Shown piece by piece: positions 9,089-18,478 of a stretch of 64,000 nt of DNA. Source of the stretch: Phycisphaeraceae bacterium (lineage in GTDB: Bacteria; Planctomycetota; Phycisphaerae; Phycisphaerales; Phycisphaeraceae); assembly GCA_963674705.1 (NCBI GenBank), contig OY771506.1:192001-256000 (forward strand), in the 5' to 3' direction. Numbering within the stretch: position 1 is the stretch's first letter; each line of letters opens with the position of its first letter. A model generated the notes under the pieces. The model saw only the letters and a list, made by a program, of their open reading frames with translations, was not told the DNA's origin and searched no databases. A program made the position numbers and the translations under genes.

Positions 9089-10299
9089 GGCATTGCAGGC
9101 TGATTTAATACAACGACTGAAGACCGCGACTCCGAGGCCGAGTCGGTGTTAGGTGTTATAGTCATGGATACGGAACGCAGCAGGTTGCTGGTGGTGGTTG
9201 CTCCCGGCGTGGTGTACGTACCGTAGAGGTAGTAAACCATTGATTTGTTTTTATCTAAACTCCACGAGCTTCCTCCGTTAGAGGTCTTGTAGTAACCGCT
9301 GCCGCCATCATCGTCGTACATGGCATAGCAGGCTACATTGCCCGCCTGCCATTGCACGACCAACGCCACACATGAATCCGGCAGGAAACCCTTGACATTA
9401 CTGAAGGTGAAGCCTTGCCAGCTATATGAGATGGGGATGTTAATTTCGTTCATCGTTTGTGCTTCGATCACGATGTCGGTGGGTATGTCATCGGCCCCGA
9501 TCTGTCTCAACTGCACCTGGGCAATGCCATCGATGTTGTAGACTGACGGATCGATGTAGATGTATACACGCGTGGGCGACCACGTCAGGGCATCCTCCGG
9601 CAGGTTCTGCGGCATGAGGCACTGGCCGATCCAGTGGTCCTCATCAACCGTATAGTCTTTGCTTTTTGTCACAGAACCATGGCTGGCGAGGACGACCTCG
9701 GAGCTGGTAACCGGATCGCTGGTAACGGTGACTTCTTGTGTGTCGTAGATGAGTTCGAAGTTCTTAAGGTTGGGCGCGACTTCAAAGGCGGTGCCACCGT
9801 TATATTGGCGGAACAGCCCGTCTGCTGCGGAGCCGTTCCACTTATACTTGATGGTTTCATCCGAGCCATCGTTGTCACGGTCAGGGACCGTAAACTCGAT
9901 CCCGTTAGCCGAGGCCGCGAGGATTGCGGTAGCGACCTGCAATTCAGAGGCGATCTGTTCGAGTGTCTCACCGGCCTCAACGCCAAGAACGACCGGGCTA
10001 TCGGGTTCGGGGACAGCCTTTGCTGCAAGAATCATGACCGAGCCCATCGCGAGGAATACGATGGAAACGATCGTGAGACTGACAACCATCTCGATGAGGG
10101 TGAAGGCAAGCGTCCGTGGGGACATTCCGGTCCCCTCTCCTCTCGGCAGAGGGTTCGGGTGAGGGCTGGTTTGACTGATTGGCTTGGGACTGGGATTGGC
10201 CACCGAATCAAGATCGGCCCTCACCCCGGCCCTCTCCCGAGGGGAGATGGGGTTTAGCGCCGATGTCATGCACAGATCATGGGTATCGTGACGATTCAT
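9085..10299 (-). CDS. Minor pilin (PilW/GspJ-like) with inserted beta domain; start 10299 or 10125
   Basis: AFTLIEMV motif; ATG 10299 overlaps the upstream stop (ATGA). Confidence 0.8.
   Translation of the reverse strand: MNRHDTHDLCMTSALNPISPRERAGVRADLDSVANPSPKPISQTSPHPNPLPRGEGTGMSPRTLAFTLIEMVVSLTIVSIVFLAMGSVMILAAKAVPEPDSPVVLGVEAGETLEQIASELQVATAILAASANGIEFTVPDRDNDGSDETIKYKWNGSAADGLFRQYNGGTAFEVAPNLKNFELIYDTQEVTVTSDPVTSSEVVLASHGSVTKSKDYTVDEDHWIGQCLMPQNLPEDALTWSPTRVYIYIDPSVYNIDGIAQVQLRQIGADDIPTDIVIEAQTMNEINIPISYSWQGFTFSNVKGFLPDSCVALVVQWQAGNVACYAMYDDDGGSGYYKTSNGGSSWSLDKNKSMVYYLYGTYTTPGATTTSNLLRSVSMTITPNTDSASESRSSVVVLNQPAMP
10132..10252. repeat. Inverted pair of REP-like 'CCCTCACCCCGGCCCTCTCCC..GGGAGA' palindromes
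   Basis: Copy A at 10132-10165 and inverted copy B at 10218-10252; translates in frame as ISPRERAGVR...PHPNPLPRGEG. Confidence 0.8.
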
Positions 10300-10802
10300 T
10301 GTATCACCGCCTCGCCGGTATCGGCATCGAGTACGACGGTGCACGACTCTGAACCTGAGGTCAGGACAAGGCTGCCACCGGAATCCGGCATACCGAATCC
10401 ATCGAAAATGATAAAGGAATCACCTCCAAAGTCTGCCGTTACGATGTCTGCGTGATATGGAGCATAAGCCAAAAATGTTCGGGTATGAGCGTTGCTAGGA
10501 TCATCAGGATCTTGGATATTGCGCAACACAACAATGTCGTTTGATGGACGTATTTGCACGGTGATGCTGGTGCTGGTCGTTCGGGCATGTTCGCGAGCAA
10601 ACTCTAAATCTGCGATGACACGTCTTGCGGCAGCATCCGCACGGTATCGGGACTGCGCGCTGCTATACCGTGGAACAGCGATCGCAGCCATAATGGAGAT
10701 GATCGTTATGACCAGTATGAGTTCGATCAGGCTGAAAGCTGACCGAGAGGTACGACGTCTGTGTACCAGGCAGATACTCGGAATGCCCCGGGATGGTTGC
10801 AT
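10296..10802 (-). CDS. GspH/FimT-like minor pilin
   Basis: AFSLIELI; 'LEFAREHA' and 'IIFDGFGMP' motifs. Confidence 0.85.
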   Translation of the reverse strand: MQPSRGIPSICLVHRRRTSRSAFSLIELILVITIISIMAAIAVPRYSSAQSRYRADAAARRVIADLEFAREHARTTSTSITVQIRPSNDIVVLRNIQDPDDPSNAHTRTFLAYAPYHADIVTADFGGDSFIIFDGFGMPDSGGSLVLTSGSESCTVVLDADTGEAVIQ

Positions 10803-10804
10803 GG

Positions 10805-11347
10805 TCAGTCCTTCACCAGGTCGTCCCGCACCAATTCGGTTGCGTTGATAACGTTCGTCACGATCGTCTCATCGGTTGCGCCGTCGGTTCGTCGGATGTT
10901 CGGCCGGATGATTCCCTTGCCGGGGTAATAGAGCCAACCGACATCAGCCGCATCACTGGTAGCAATTTTGGTATTACCTTTGCGTGCCCCCATAGATATT
11001 GGCGGGATGGTTCGCAGATAGGGACCGTAAGGGACTTCAGTGTCACCGGAGGACCAGAGCGTACCATCCTGTTTGGTTTTGCTGGTCAGTTGTTGTTCGA
11101 TACCTGCCAGTGTGGGGTATGAACCGTCATGCTCGGCCGCGTAGAGATCGAGTGCTTTATTGATCGTGTTAAGGTTATTCACCAAAGCATTGATCGAAGC
11201 CCCCTGGCTGCCACGGCTCAATCGGGGCACTGCAACCGCGCCGATGATCCCGATGATGACCACGACAATCACCAGCTCGATCAGGCTGAAGGCCCGAGAT
11301 CGTTGCGTGCCGTATTGGTGTGTCTTGAGCATCATGAAACGGTTCAC
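10805..11347 (-). CDS. Major pilin/pseudopilin paralog 3 (GspG/MshA-like)
   Basis: AFSLIELVIVVVIIGIIGAVAVP; YGPYL motif. Confidence 0.88.
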   Translation of the reverse strand: MNRFMMLKTHQYGTQRSRAFSLIELVIVVVIIGIIGAVAVPRLSRGSQGASINALVNNLNTINKALDLYAAEHDGSYPTLAGIEQQLTSKTKQDGTLWSSGDTEVPYGPYLRTIPPISMGARKGNTKIATSDAADVGWLYYPGKGIIRPNIRRTDGATDETIVTNVINATELVRDDLVKD

Positions 11348-11354
11348 AATCAGT

Positions 11355-11386
11355 AAAAAACCCGGCGTGCAATGATGCCTGCCGGG
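11355..11386 (-). terminator. Intrinsic terminator between pilin 2 and pilin 3
   Basis: Minus strand CCCGGC...GCCGGG stem followed by TTTTTT. Confidence 0.65.
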
Positions 11387-11439
11387 CTGTGTACTTACTC
11401 AATCGGCCTGTTAACTACCGGCACGCAATCGTCCTGAGC

Positions 11440-11949
11440 TTAGTAAGTGTTGTACGGGACATTGGCGGCGTCTGTCTCGGAGTCCTTACAATTGGCTTTC
11501 ACATCACCGGTGGATTCGCTGTAGTACCAGCCTCCGGCGGCGGTTGTTGCTGCGGGCAATACACCGGTGAATTCCGTTTGACCCTTATTAGCCCCTACCG
11601 GAAGTTTGGGTATTGCACGCAGGTACGGCCCGTATATGTGTGTCGCGTCCTTGGTCGCCGAGAAGTCGTCACCGGCAGCGTTGGAGTATTGAAGCAGTGG
11701 ATCGGGCATATCGGCTCCGATCGGGTACTTCCCGCCGTGTTCCGCTGCGTAGTGCTCGATGGCATCTCGCAAGACGGTCAGGTTCGCGGTCAGCGCCGAA
11801 TCGGCGGCGCCCTCTGCCCCGCGGCTCATGCGGGGGACTGCTATCGCTCCAATGATCCCAATGATGACCACCACGATCACCAACTCGATCAGGCTGAACC
11901 CCCGGCCTGAACGAACCATCCGACACAACATACGAGGCTCCTTCTCCAT
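11440..11949 (-). CDS. Major pilin/pseudopilin paralog 2
   Basis: GFSLIELVIVVVIIGIIGAIAVPRMSRG; YGPYLR.IPKLPVGANKG. Confidence 0.9.
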   Translation of the reverse strand: MEKEPRMLCRMVRSGRGFSLIELVIVVVIIGIIGAIAVPRMSRGAEGAADSALTANLTVLRDAIEHYAAEHGGKYPIGADMPDPLLQYSNAAGDDFSATKDATHIYGPYLRAIPKLPVGANKGQTEFTGVLPAATTAAGGWYYSESTGDVKANCKDSETDAANVPYNTY

Positions 11950-11998
11950 GCCGACGCGTTATACGGAAGGGTCAGCATACACCTCCGCCCCGTTGTGC

Positions 11999-12496
11999 TT
12001 AATAATCATTGTAGGCGACGTTGGACTCGTCGGTTTCGGAATCCTTGCAGTTAGCCAGGATGGTGCCGGTCGTTTCGTCGTAGTACCAACCGGCCGATGC
12101 GGCTGTGGCAGCCGGGGCCGTACTGGTGAAGGTCGCCAGGCCTTTATTTGCACCCACCGGGAGCTTGGGGACCGCACGGATGTACGGGCCATAGATCGCG
12201 GTGACGGTCTTGGTGGCCGAGACAGTACCGCTGGAATCGGTGTACTGCAGCAGAGCATTAGGCATATTAGCCAATGTCGGGTAGTCGCCTGCATGCTCGG
12301 TGGAGTACAGGTCCAGCGCGTTGCGCAGGACGGTAAGGTTGGCGGTGACGGCCGAGTCAGCCGCACCCTTGGCGCCACGGCTCATACGGGGAACGGCGAT
12401 AGCGCCGATAATCCCGATGATAACCACGACGATGACCAATTCGATCAGACTGAAACCTAGAGTGCCTGGACGTTTGATTTTGCGTGCCGCTTGCAT
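11999..12496 (-). CDS. Major pilin/pseudopilin paralog 1
   Basis: Same N-helix as paralog 2; CAGGAG SD upstream. Confidence 0.9.
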   Translation of the reverse strand: MQAARKIKRPGTLGFSLIELVIVVVIIGIIGAIAVPRMSRGAKGAADSAVTANLTVLRNALDLYSTEHAGDYPTLANMPNALLQYTDSSGTVSATKTVTAIYGPYIRAVPKLPVGANKGLATFTSTAPAATAASAGWYYDETTGTILANCKDSETDESNVAYNDY

Positions 12497-12567
12497 CTGT
12501 AATTCTCCTGGATAGTACCTGCCCCGGATTCTTGTACCGGGTCCTTATTCAAAAATAGAATCGGCAC

Positions 12568-12595
12568 AAAAAAACCTCCACGTAAGCGCGGAGGT
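12568..12595 (-). terminator. Intrinsic terminator after the assembly genes
   Basis: Minus strand ACCTCCGCG-CTTA-CGTGGAGGT followed by a T-run. Confidence 0.7.
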
Positions 12596-12650
12596 CATAT
12601 ATGAGGTATGTATCAACTGATTTTTGCAAAAAGATATTAATCTGTAACGG

Positions 12651-13214
12651 TTATGAGGGCTCACCGACTGCTGCATCGGAGTGAATGGTAAGACTAACTC
12701 GAAAACCGTTTGCTTCAAAGTCAGCCGAACGCTCATGAACAGCAATCAATTGCAGGCCCTTGTAATGCTGGCCTAGATAAATCGTCTGGCCGTTGACGAC
12801 CGCATAACTACGCGAGCCCGTGAGCAGGACAGCATCCAGGCGGCTATCGCGCTTGAAAGCCTCCAGGGCCCTGCGTGCACTTTCACCGTTCTGAGGCAGC
12901 AGATCCGATCCTGAAGCCTGCCATTGAGCAGGCACGGCAAACGCATCGCGGGGAGTATTGGCTTCTGATTGTCTTGTGGATGTCGTCTGACGCAGACGAT
13001 CGGCCAAGGAGACCTTCGGGGTGCTTGAGACCTGAGCTACGGCGCTTGGTTCGATAAGTAGCGCAGCCGGGTCCGGTTCAAACTCGATAATGCCGGCAGC
13101 GGATTCCGATGGCCCGGTAACATCAGAGCCTAGCACAAACCGGTCGATTGCCAGGCCCAGGCCTGCAATGCCCAGTACGGCGATCAAGATGTTTCTTTCC
13201 CTGGAGCTTTTCAT
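12651..13214 (-). CDS. MshK/PilP-like assembly protein
   Basis: N-terminal TM; 'LDAVL...SYAVVNGQ...GLQLIAV' C-domain; located after PilO. Confidence 0.6.
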   Translation of the reverse strand: MKSSRERNILIAVLGIAGLGLAIDRFVLGSDVTGPSESAAGIIEFEPDPAALLIEPSAVAQVSSTPKVSLADRLRQTTSTRQSEANTPRDAFAVPAQWQASGSDLLPQNGESARRALEAFKRDSRLDAVLLTGSRSYAVVNGQTIYLGQHYKGLQLIAVHERSADFEANGFRVSLTIHSDAAVGEPS

Positions 13215-13259
13215 ACTCCAAGCGAACGATATAAGCGAGAAGCGGTCAAGCGCGAAGTG

Positions 13260-13832
13260 TCAATTTTCTACCATACCCATGGCGGGCAGGGTATACCAGG
13301 CTAGTCCGATATCAAAGCTCGCCGAGTTGCCCTGGGATACTTTAGCACTCAGATCAAACTCGATGACCGCGATATCAGCAAAGTTGTCGTGCACTTCCTG
13401 CATGAACTGTGTCACTTTCTTGTAATCACCGGCGCCGGATAATGCAATCGGCACGATGTCGTAACGCTCGCCGGAGCGTATCGTATCCGGCAATATCTGG
13501 TGGACTTCCAAGCCTATAGTCGAAGCCAATTCCGCCAAACTGGACAGTCGCTTGTTGACCTGCGAAGAGGATTCCAGTCTCAGCGACAGGCCCTGTAGCT
13601 CTAACTTCGTACTTTCCATCGATTCCTGCAATGCGACCAACGAAGCGCGTTCACTCTGGACCTGATTGCTCAGTTCAGTTACCTGGGGATGTAATTCCAT
13701 ATAAGCCTGTCGGCTGTCGATCGACGGGCGGATCAATGTGTAAAAGCCCAGCGCTGTCATGGCCGCACATATTGCCAGGCCGCACAGGTCAATCTTCCAC
13801 CATCGTGCGTGAGTGTGGATGTTGCTTTTCAT
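13260..13832 (-). CDS. pilO: PilO-like protein
   Basis: TM + coiled coil + 'L.GAGDY..V..F' fold; synteny. Confidence 0.8.
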   Translation of the reverse strand: MKSNIHTHARWWKIDLCGLAICAAMTALGFYTLIRPSIDSRQAYMELHPQVTELSNQVQSERASLVALQESMESTKLELQGLSLRLESSSQVNKRLSSLAELASTIGLEVHQILPDTIRSGERYDIVPIALSGAGDYKKVTQFMQEVHDNFADIAVIEFDLSAKVSQGNSASFDIGLAWYTLPAMGMVEN

Positions 13833-14434
13833 AATCCACCTCCGTTCGCCGGTGGCATCGAGCACTTGACTTCAAAGGCAATCGCCTGTGACTTCAGGAA
13901 AGGCTCACGATTTGTTCGGGTGAGTTTGACCCTCTCAAACAAGCCCATCTCTTCCAGCCGTAAGACAAACTTGGACATATCCGGTGCGGTCTGTGCGTAG
14001 CCTGAAAGTGTGAGAACCAATGGTGTATTATTGACTTTTAAAGCATCCTGCTGCTTATCATCCGGGGCCAGGGTACATTCGACCAGAACGACATTATCAC
14101 CCAGCACTTCATCGGCCAGGTAAGTCAGCAGTAAACTCCAATCAGGTTGATCTGTGATCGATCGGCCTGCGGAAAGGATCAGTTGCAGTTCTTTGAGATC
14201 GGGCCGTATACTTTGCTGTTTCTGTTGCAGTTCAGCCAAGGTCAATTGGTAATCTGATATATCCTGATGCATAGCGTCCATGTTGTAAGACACGGACAGG
14301 CCACGATAGAACAAACATCCGATCAAAACCAGTGACGAATAGCCGACGACAGCAGTGATCCATAAGCGGATACGGTTGTTCCGCTGCCGGGCAAGGCGTC
14401 TATGAGTTGGTATGAGATTGATTTGATCCATCAC
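13829..14434 (-). CDS. pilN: PilN-like protein
   Basis: INLIP N-terminal motif, TM, 'LSGYA' domain. Confidence 0.85.
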   Translation of the reverse strand: MMDQINLIPTHRRLARQRNNRIRLWITAVVGYSSLVLIGCLFYRGLSVSYNMDAMHQDISDYQLTLAELQQKQQSIRPDLKELQLILSAGRSITDQPDWSLLLTYLADEVLGDNVVLVECTLAPDDKQQDALKVNNTPLVLTLSGYAQTAPDMSKFVLRLEEMGLFERVKLTRTNREPFLKSQAIAFEVKCSMPPANGGGL

Positions 14435-14435
14435 A

Positions 14436-15482
14436 TTACCCCTGGCCTACGTATCCAGCTAAACCAAGCGCCGCGGTCATCAATGCCTGATCGGGCAACA
14501 GCTTGCCGGTCTGTGCTGATATTACTTCAGCACTCATGCTGTTGTTCAGATACTCGGCTACACCGGACACACATGCGCCGCCACCCGTCAGAACAATCCG
14601 GTGTGTATCCGTATCGGAGAACTCGTGCTCGGCGTACTCAAAGGAAGCAATCAGTTCAGTGGCCACCTCGTCCAGAAAAGCTGATATCACCGGGCGCAAA
14701 ACAGATGCCGCCGCGCTGATACGCGAATCCTGTTGTTCTGGAGCGTCAAGACCGGTGCTTATTCCGACGTTTTGCAGTAAAGCATCGGCTTCGGCAAGTT
14801 CCAGCCCCAGGACCTTGCTGACCTGATTCAGCAGCGATCCAAGACCACAACCATTTAACACGCGCTCGAATACGACTACTTCGCTATGTACCAATGCAAG
14901 CCTTGCAGCCCCCCAGCCCATATCGAGTAAAGCGGAGACACTGTTGGCAGGCCCGAGCATCCCCAGACTCGCCTTGACGGCTGAGCACAATCCCGAATCC
15001 ATCACAGCAACATCAAAACCGGCGCCCGCGAAGGTATCGAGGATAGGCTCGCTGTCAGAATACGCACATCCTATTGCCATGATCTTAGTTGAGGAAGATC
15101 TTTGTCGTTTGGGTACATCCCACCAGGCCATTTCAAAATGACCCGGCTCAAGACATTGAAGACGCGCAAATTCCTTGGCGGCGATCACGTTGTATGGTGC
15201 GCCGGATTCCCGCGGCGGCATGTCAATGATGGATGACATTAATCGTTCTGCCGGTGGCGAAAGCACAATCGTTCGGCCGACAAATCCCTGCTGCGCAAGG
15301 ACACGTGCTAATCGTGTGGCCTCGTCGGTGGAAATCTTAGGATCATCGCCCGACCGTCCAAACGAAGCATACGCACCGACGGAGGTCTTGCCATGCTTAT
15401 GCCGTAATTGGACGGCCTTGATCATCCGTGTTCCGATATCCACCCCGATCGGTGGGTTCGTGTATCTTTGTAACAGACTCAT
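14436..15482 (-). CDS. pilM: PilM-like actin-fold protein
   Basis: IGVDIG..IKAVQL, LDMG and LTGGGA motifs. Confidence 0.88.
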   Translation of the reverse strand: MSLLQRYTNPPIGVDIGTRMIKAVQLRHKHGKTSVGAYASFGRSGDDPKISTDEATRLARVLAQQGFVGRTIVLSPPAERLMSSIIDMPPRESGAPYNVIAAKEFARLQCLEPGHFEMAWWDVPKRQRSSSTKIMAIGCAYSDSEPILDTFAGAGFDVAVMDSGLCSAVKASLGMLGPANSVSALLDMGWGAARLALVHSEVVVFERVLNGCGLGSLLNQVSKVLGLELAEADALLQNVGISTGLDAPEQQDSRISAAASVLRPVISAFLDEVATELIASFEYAEHEFSDTDTHRIVLTGGGACVSGVAEYLNNSMSAEVISAQTGKLLPDQALMTAALGLAGYVGQG

Positions 15483-16702
15483 TTTGGCCCCCCCGCTGAC
15501 ATAGCAGTCAGATCGAACAATGGTAGGAAGATACTTAGAGCCATAAAACCGACCAGTACACCCATCCCCAGCAAGATCATGGGCTCGAGCACACCGGTCA
15601 GTGATTTGATCAACACTTCGTTTTCTTCATCGAGCATGTCAGACATGGTCAATAGTGATGGTGCGACCTTGCCGGATGATTCGCCGCTGCGCATCGCTTC
15701 ACTTACTGAAGGCGTAATAAGATCAGACGAGGTGAAAGCGGTGCTGATGGGTTCACCGTGAGTGACCGCTTCACGCGCCTGATCCAGCAACCTCCGGTAA
15801 TGGACGTTGGTTGTGCCGTTCCGGATAAGGTCCAACACCTCCAACAGCGGAAGATGGCTATCCATGAGCACACCCAGCAAACGGGCGATGCGTGCGGTCG
15901 CGAAACTGCGTGTTACTTTGCCAACCATAGGTAATGTGAGCATCGCTGTATAAACTGTTTGTTTACCGTGGCTAGACTTAAGCCAATAAAACCCGCCCAC
16001 AACAGTGATGGCAATGACAATCAGGATCGCCCACCAATAGCTGATAAGCGTTCCACTGAGGAACATCAAAAACTGGGTCGTTGGCGGCAAAGGCAGATCG
16101 AGGGTATCAAACAGGTCTGCAAACCGTGGCAGCACGATCGTAAGCATCAGGCAGAGAACAACAACCGCCACGACCACAAGCAGGCTCGGATAAACCAAAG
16201 CACCGACCACCGTGTTACGTGTCTGCAACTGTTTGCGAGTGAGTTGTGTCAATCGCTCAAGCATCACCGATAACTTGCCTGATGTTTCACCAGCAGCAAC
16301 GAGGTTGCGGTAGATAGGATCAAACCGCTGTGGATAATCCTTCATCGCTTCGGAAAGCGGGATACCCTCCTCGACGCGTGAAGCAAGACCCGCGATGGTT
16401 TCACGCCAGATAATACTGTCTGCCTGACGGTGCAGGGCATTGAGCGATTGCACGATCGGTGTACCCGTGGCAAGCATAACCTGAAGCTGACGGGTGAATA
16501 AGGTGAGTCCCTTGACACCAGATCCCCCCCGGCTGCCTTTTCTACGTTTGGTTTTGCTTGCCCCACCGGTCACTTTGCTGATCGAGGTGACATACAGACC
16601 TTTATTACGCAACAGGCTCGATGCTTCAGCAGTGCTGGTCGCATCGATGACATCGTGTACTGCCTTGCCGTTGCTGTCGTATCCCTGATAAGCGAGTTTC
16701 AT
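15479..16702 (-). CDS. pilC: PilC/GspF platform protein
   Basis: FTRQL...G.P, AGE.SGKL, YP and LEP motifs. Confidence 0.93.
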   Translation of the reverse strand: MKLAYQGYDSNGKAVHDVIDATSTAEASSLLRNKGLYVTSISKVTGGASKTKRRKGSRGGSGVKGLTLFTRQLQVMLATGTPIVQSLNALHRQADSIIWRETIAGLASRVEEGIPLSEAMKDYPQRFDPIYRNLVAAGETSGKLSVMLERLTQLTRKQLQTRNTVVGALVYPSLLVVVAVVVLCLMLTIVLPRFADLFDTLDLPLPPTTQFLMFLSGTLISYWWAILIVIAITVVGGFYWLKSSHGKQTVYTAMLTLPMVGKVTRSFATARIARLLGVLMDSHLPLLEVLDLIRNGTTNVHYRRLLDQAREAVTHGEPISTAFTSSDLITPSVSEAMRSGESSGKVAPSLLTMSDMLDEENEVLIKSLTGVLEPMILLGMGVLVGFMALSIFLPLFDLTAMSAGGPK

Positions 16703-16735
16703 GGTTATACCGCTTTACGATCTTGTTGCTCTTTG

Positions 16736-18478
16736 TCATGCAGCGTCAGCCACATCCTGTGCGACGACTTCCTGATCGTTCTGTGTCACACGCAAGACTT
16801 CCTCGAGCGAACTCTTGCCCTGTAGTGCGATTGCAACACCCTCTTCACGCAATGAAAGCCCGCCGTGTTGACGGATCTTGTCTCGCAGTTCATGTGTGGG
16901 AGCACCACGGTGAACCATCCGACGCAGCTCGGGGCTGACCTCCATCACCTCATAGACACCGATACGTCCCGCGAAGCCGGAGTTATGACATCGCTGGCAC
17001 CCCCCACCCTTCTGGAAGGCGCGGCCGGCGTACTCTTCGATCCCCGCATCCTGGAGCACGTGTTCAGCCGGGTAGTACTTGGTTCGGCATCCGGAACAGA
17101 TCGTTCGGCACAAGCGCTGGGCGACCACACCGTTGATCGCGCTGGACAACAAGTAAGGCTCGACGTTCATATCCAACAAACGAGCAACAGCGCCCGGCGC
17201 ATCATTGGTATGCAGCGTGGCAAGAACGAGGTGGCCGGTCAAAGCGGCCTGAACAGCGACGCGCGCTGTAATCTCATCACGGATCTCACCAATCATGATG
17301 ATGTCCGGGTCCTGACGCAGAATACTTCGCAGTGCGGCGGCGAAGCTGAGGCCGATCGAATCCTGCACATGGATCTGATTGATCAGGTCCATCTGATATT
17401 CAACCGGGTCTTCAACCGTCACAATATTTCGTTCCGGGCTGCGCAACAGATCGAGCGCTGAATAAAGCGTGGTGGTTTTGCCACTGCCGGTCGGGCCCGT
17501 AACCAGTACAAGTCCGTGTGGCTGACGGAGCATACGTTTAAATGCTTCCAGCCCGTCGTGACGGATGCCAAGGTCCTCCATCTTCACATGAAGATTGGCC
17601 TTATCCAAGACACGCACCACCAGTTTCTCACCGAGTAGCGTTGGCATGCTGGAGACACGCAGATCGATCTCGCGTCCTTCGGCAACGAGACGGACGCGGC
17701 CTTCCTGTGGCAAGCGTTTTTCGGCAATGTCCATCTTCCCGATGACTTTGACACGCGAAACGATCGCGGCGTGCATACCCGGCGGCGGCTTCATCAGGTC
17801 GCGTAACAGGCCGTCGATGCGGTAACGGATGCGCGTGCCCTTCTTGTCGGGCTCAATGTGGATGTCGCTGGCTTTGTCACGGATCGCGGTCAGCAAAGCA
17901 ACATTCACCAGGTTGATGATCGGGCTGCCCTCGACCATCTGATCTAAGTCCGTCGTCGGTCCTTCATCGATCGTCTCACGTTCGACCACCTCGACATCGG
18001 ATTCCACCAGCGAGGTCAAGAACGCATCAACGTCGACATCACCGCCTGCATACTTCTTGACGAACTCGAGGATGTTCGATTCCATCGCCAAGACGGGGCG
18101 GATCTTGCAGCCGGTGAGACGGCTAAGCCGATCGATCGTCGGCAGGCTTTGTGGTTCTGCCATCGCGACGGTCATTGTGTCGTGGATCCGGAACATCGGA
18201 ATGACTTTAAGCCGACGAGCTTCTTCATCACCGATATCTTTTAACAGCGCCGGATCGATCAGGCCGTGTCTCAGCACGCAGCCTTTGATTCCCTGACACC
18301 TTCCTAAGGCATTGATAAGGACATTGGGATTCACCACCCCTTGATCGACGAGCACTTCACCGAGCATCGCACCGGTGTTTTTCTGCGCAGCAAGAGCACG
18401 AGCGAGCTGCTCTTTGGAAAGAGCACCTGCTTCAATCAGCGCCTCACCAAGGCGAGGTCTGTGCCCTTGCTCGGTCAA
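16736..18478 (-). CDS. pilB: PilB/GspE/MshE assembly ATPase with N-terminal MshEN domain
   Basis: GPTGSGKTT, EDPVE, LRQDPD..GEIRD, TLHTN and tetra-Cys motifs; N-terminal RLGxxLxxxGxxxxxxLxxxLxxQ. Confidence 0.95.
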   Translation of the reverse strand: MTEQGHRPRLGEALIEAGALSKEQLARALAAQKNTGAMLGEVLVDQGVVNPNVLINALGRCQGIKGCVLRHGLIDPALLKDIGDEEARRLKVIPMFRIHDTMTVAMAEPQSLPTIDRLSRLTGCKIRPVLAMESNILEFVKKYAGGDVDVDAFLTSLVESDVEVVERETIDEGPTTDLDQMVEGSPIINLVNVALLTAIRDKASDIHIEPDKKGTRIRYRIDGLLRDLMKPPPGMHAAIVSRVKVIGKMDIAEKRLPQEGRVRLVAEGREIDLRVSSMPTLLGEKLVVRVLDKANLHVKMEDLGIRHDGLEAFKRMLRQPHGLVLVTGPTGSGKTTTLYSALDLLRSPERNIVTVEDPVEYQMDLINQIHVQDSIGLSFAAALRSILRQDPDIIMIGEIRDEITARVAVQAALTGHLVLATLHTNDAPGAVARLLDMNVEPYLLSSAINGVVAQRLCRTICSGCRTKYYPAEHVLQDAGIEEYAGRAFQKGGGCQRCHNSGFAGRIGVYEVMEVSPELRRMVHRGAPTHELRDKIRQHGGLSLREEGVAIALQGKSSLEEVLRVTQNDQEVVAQDVADAA

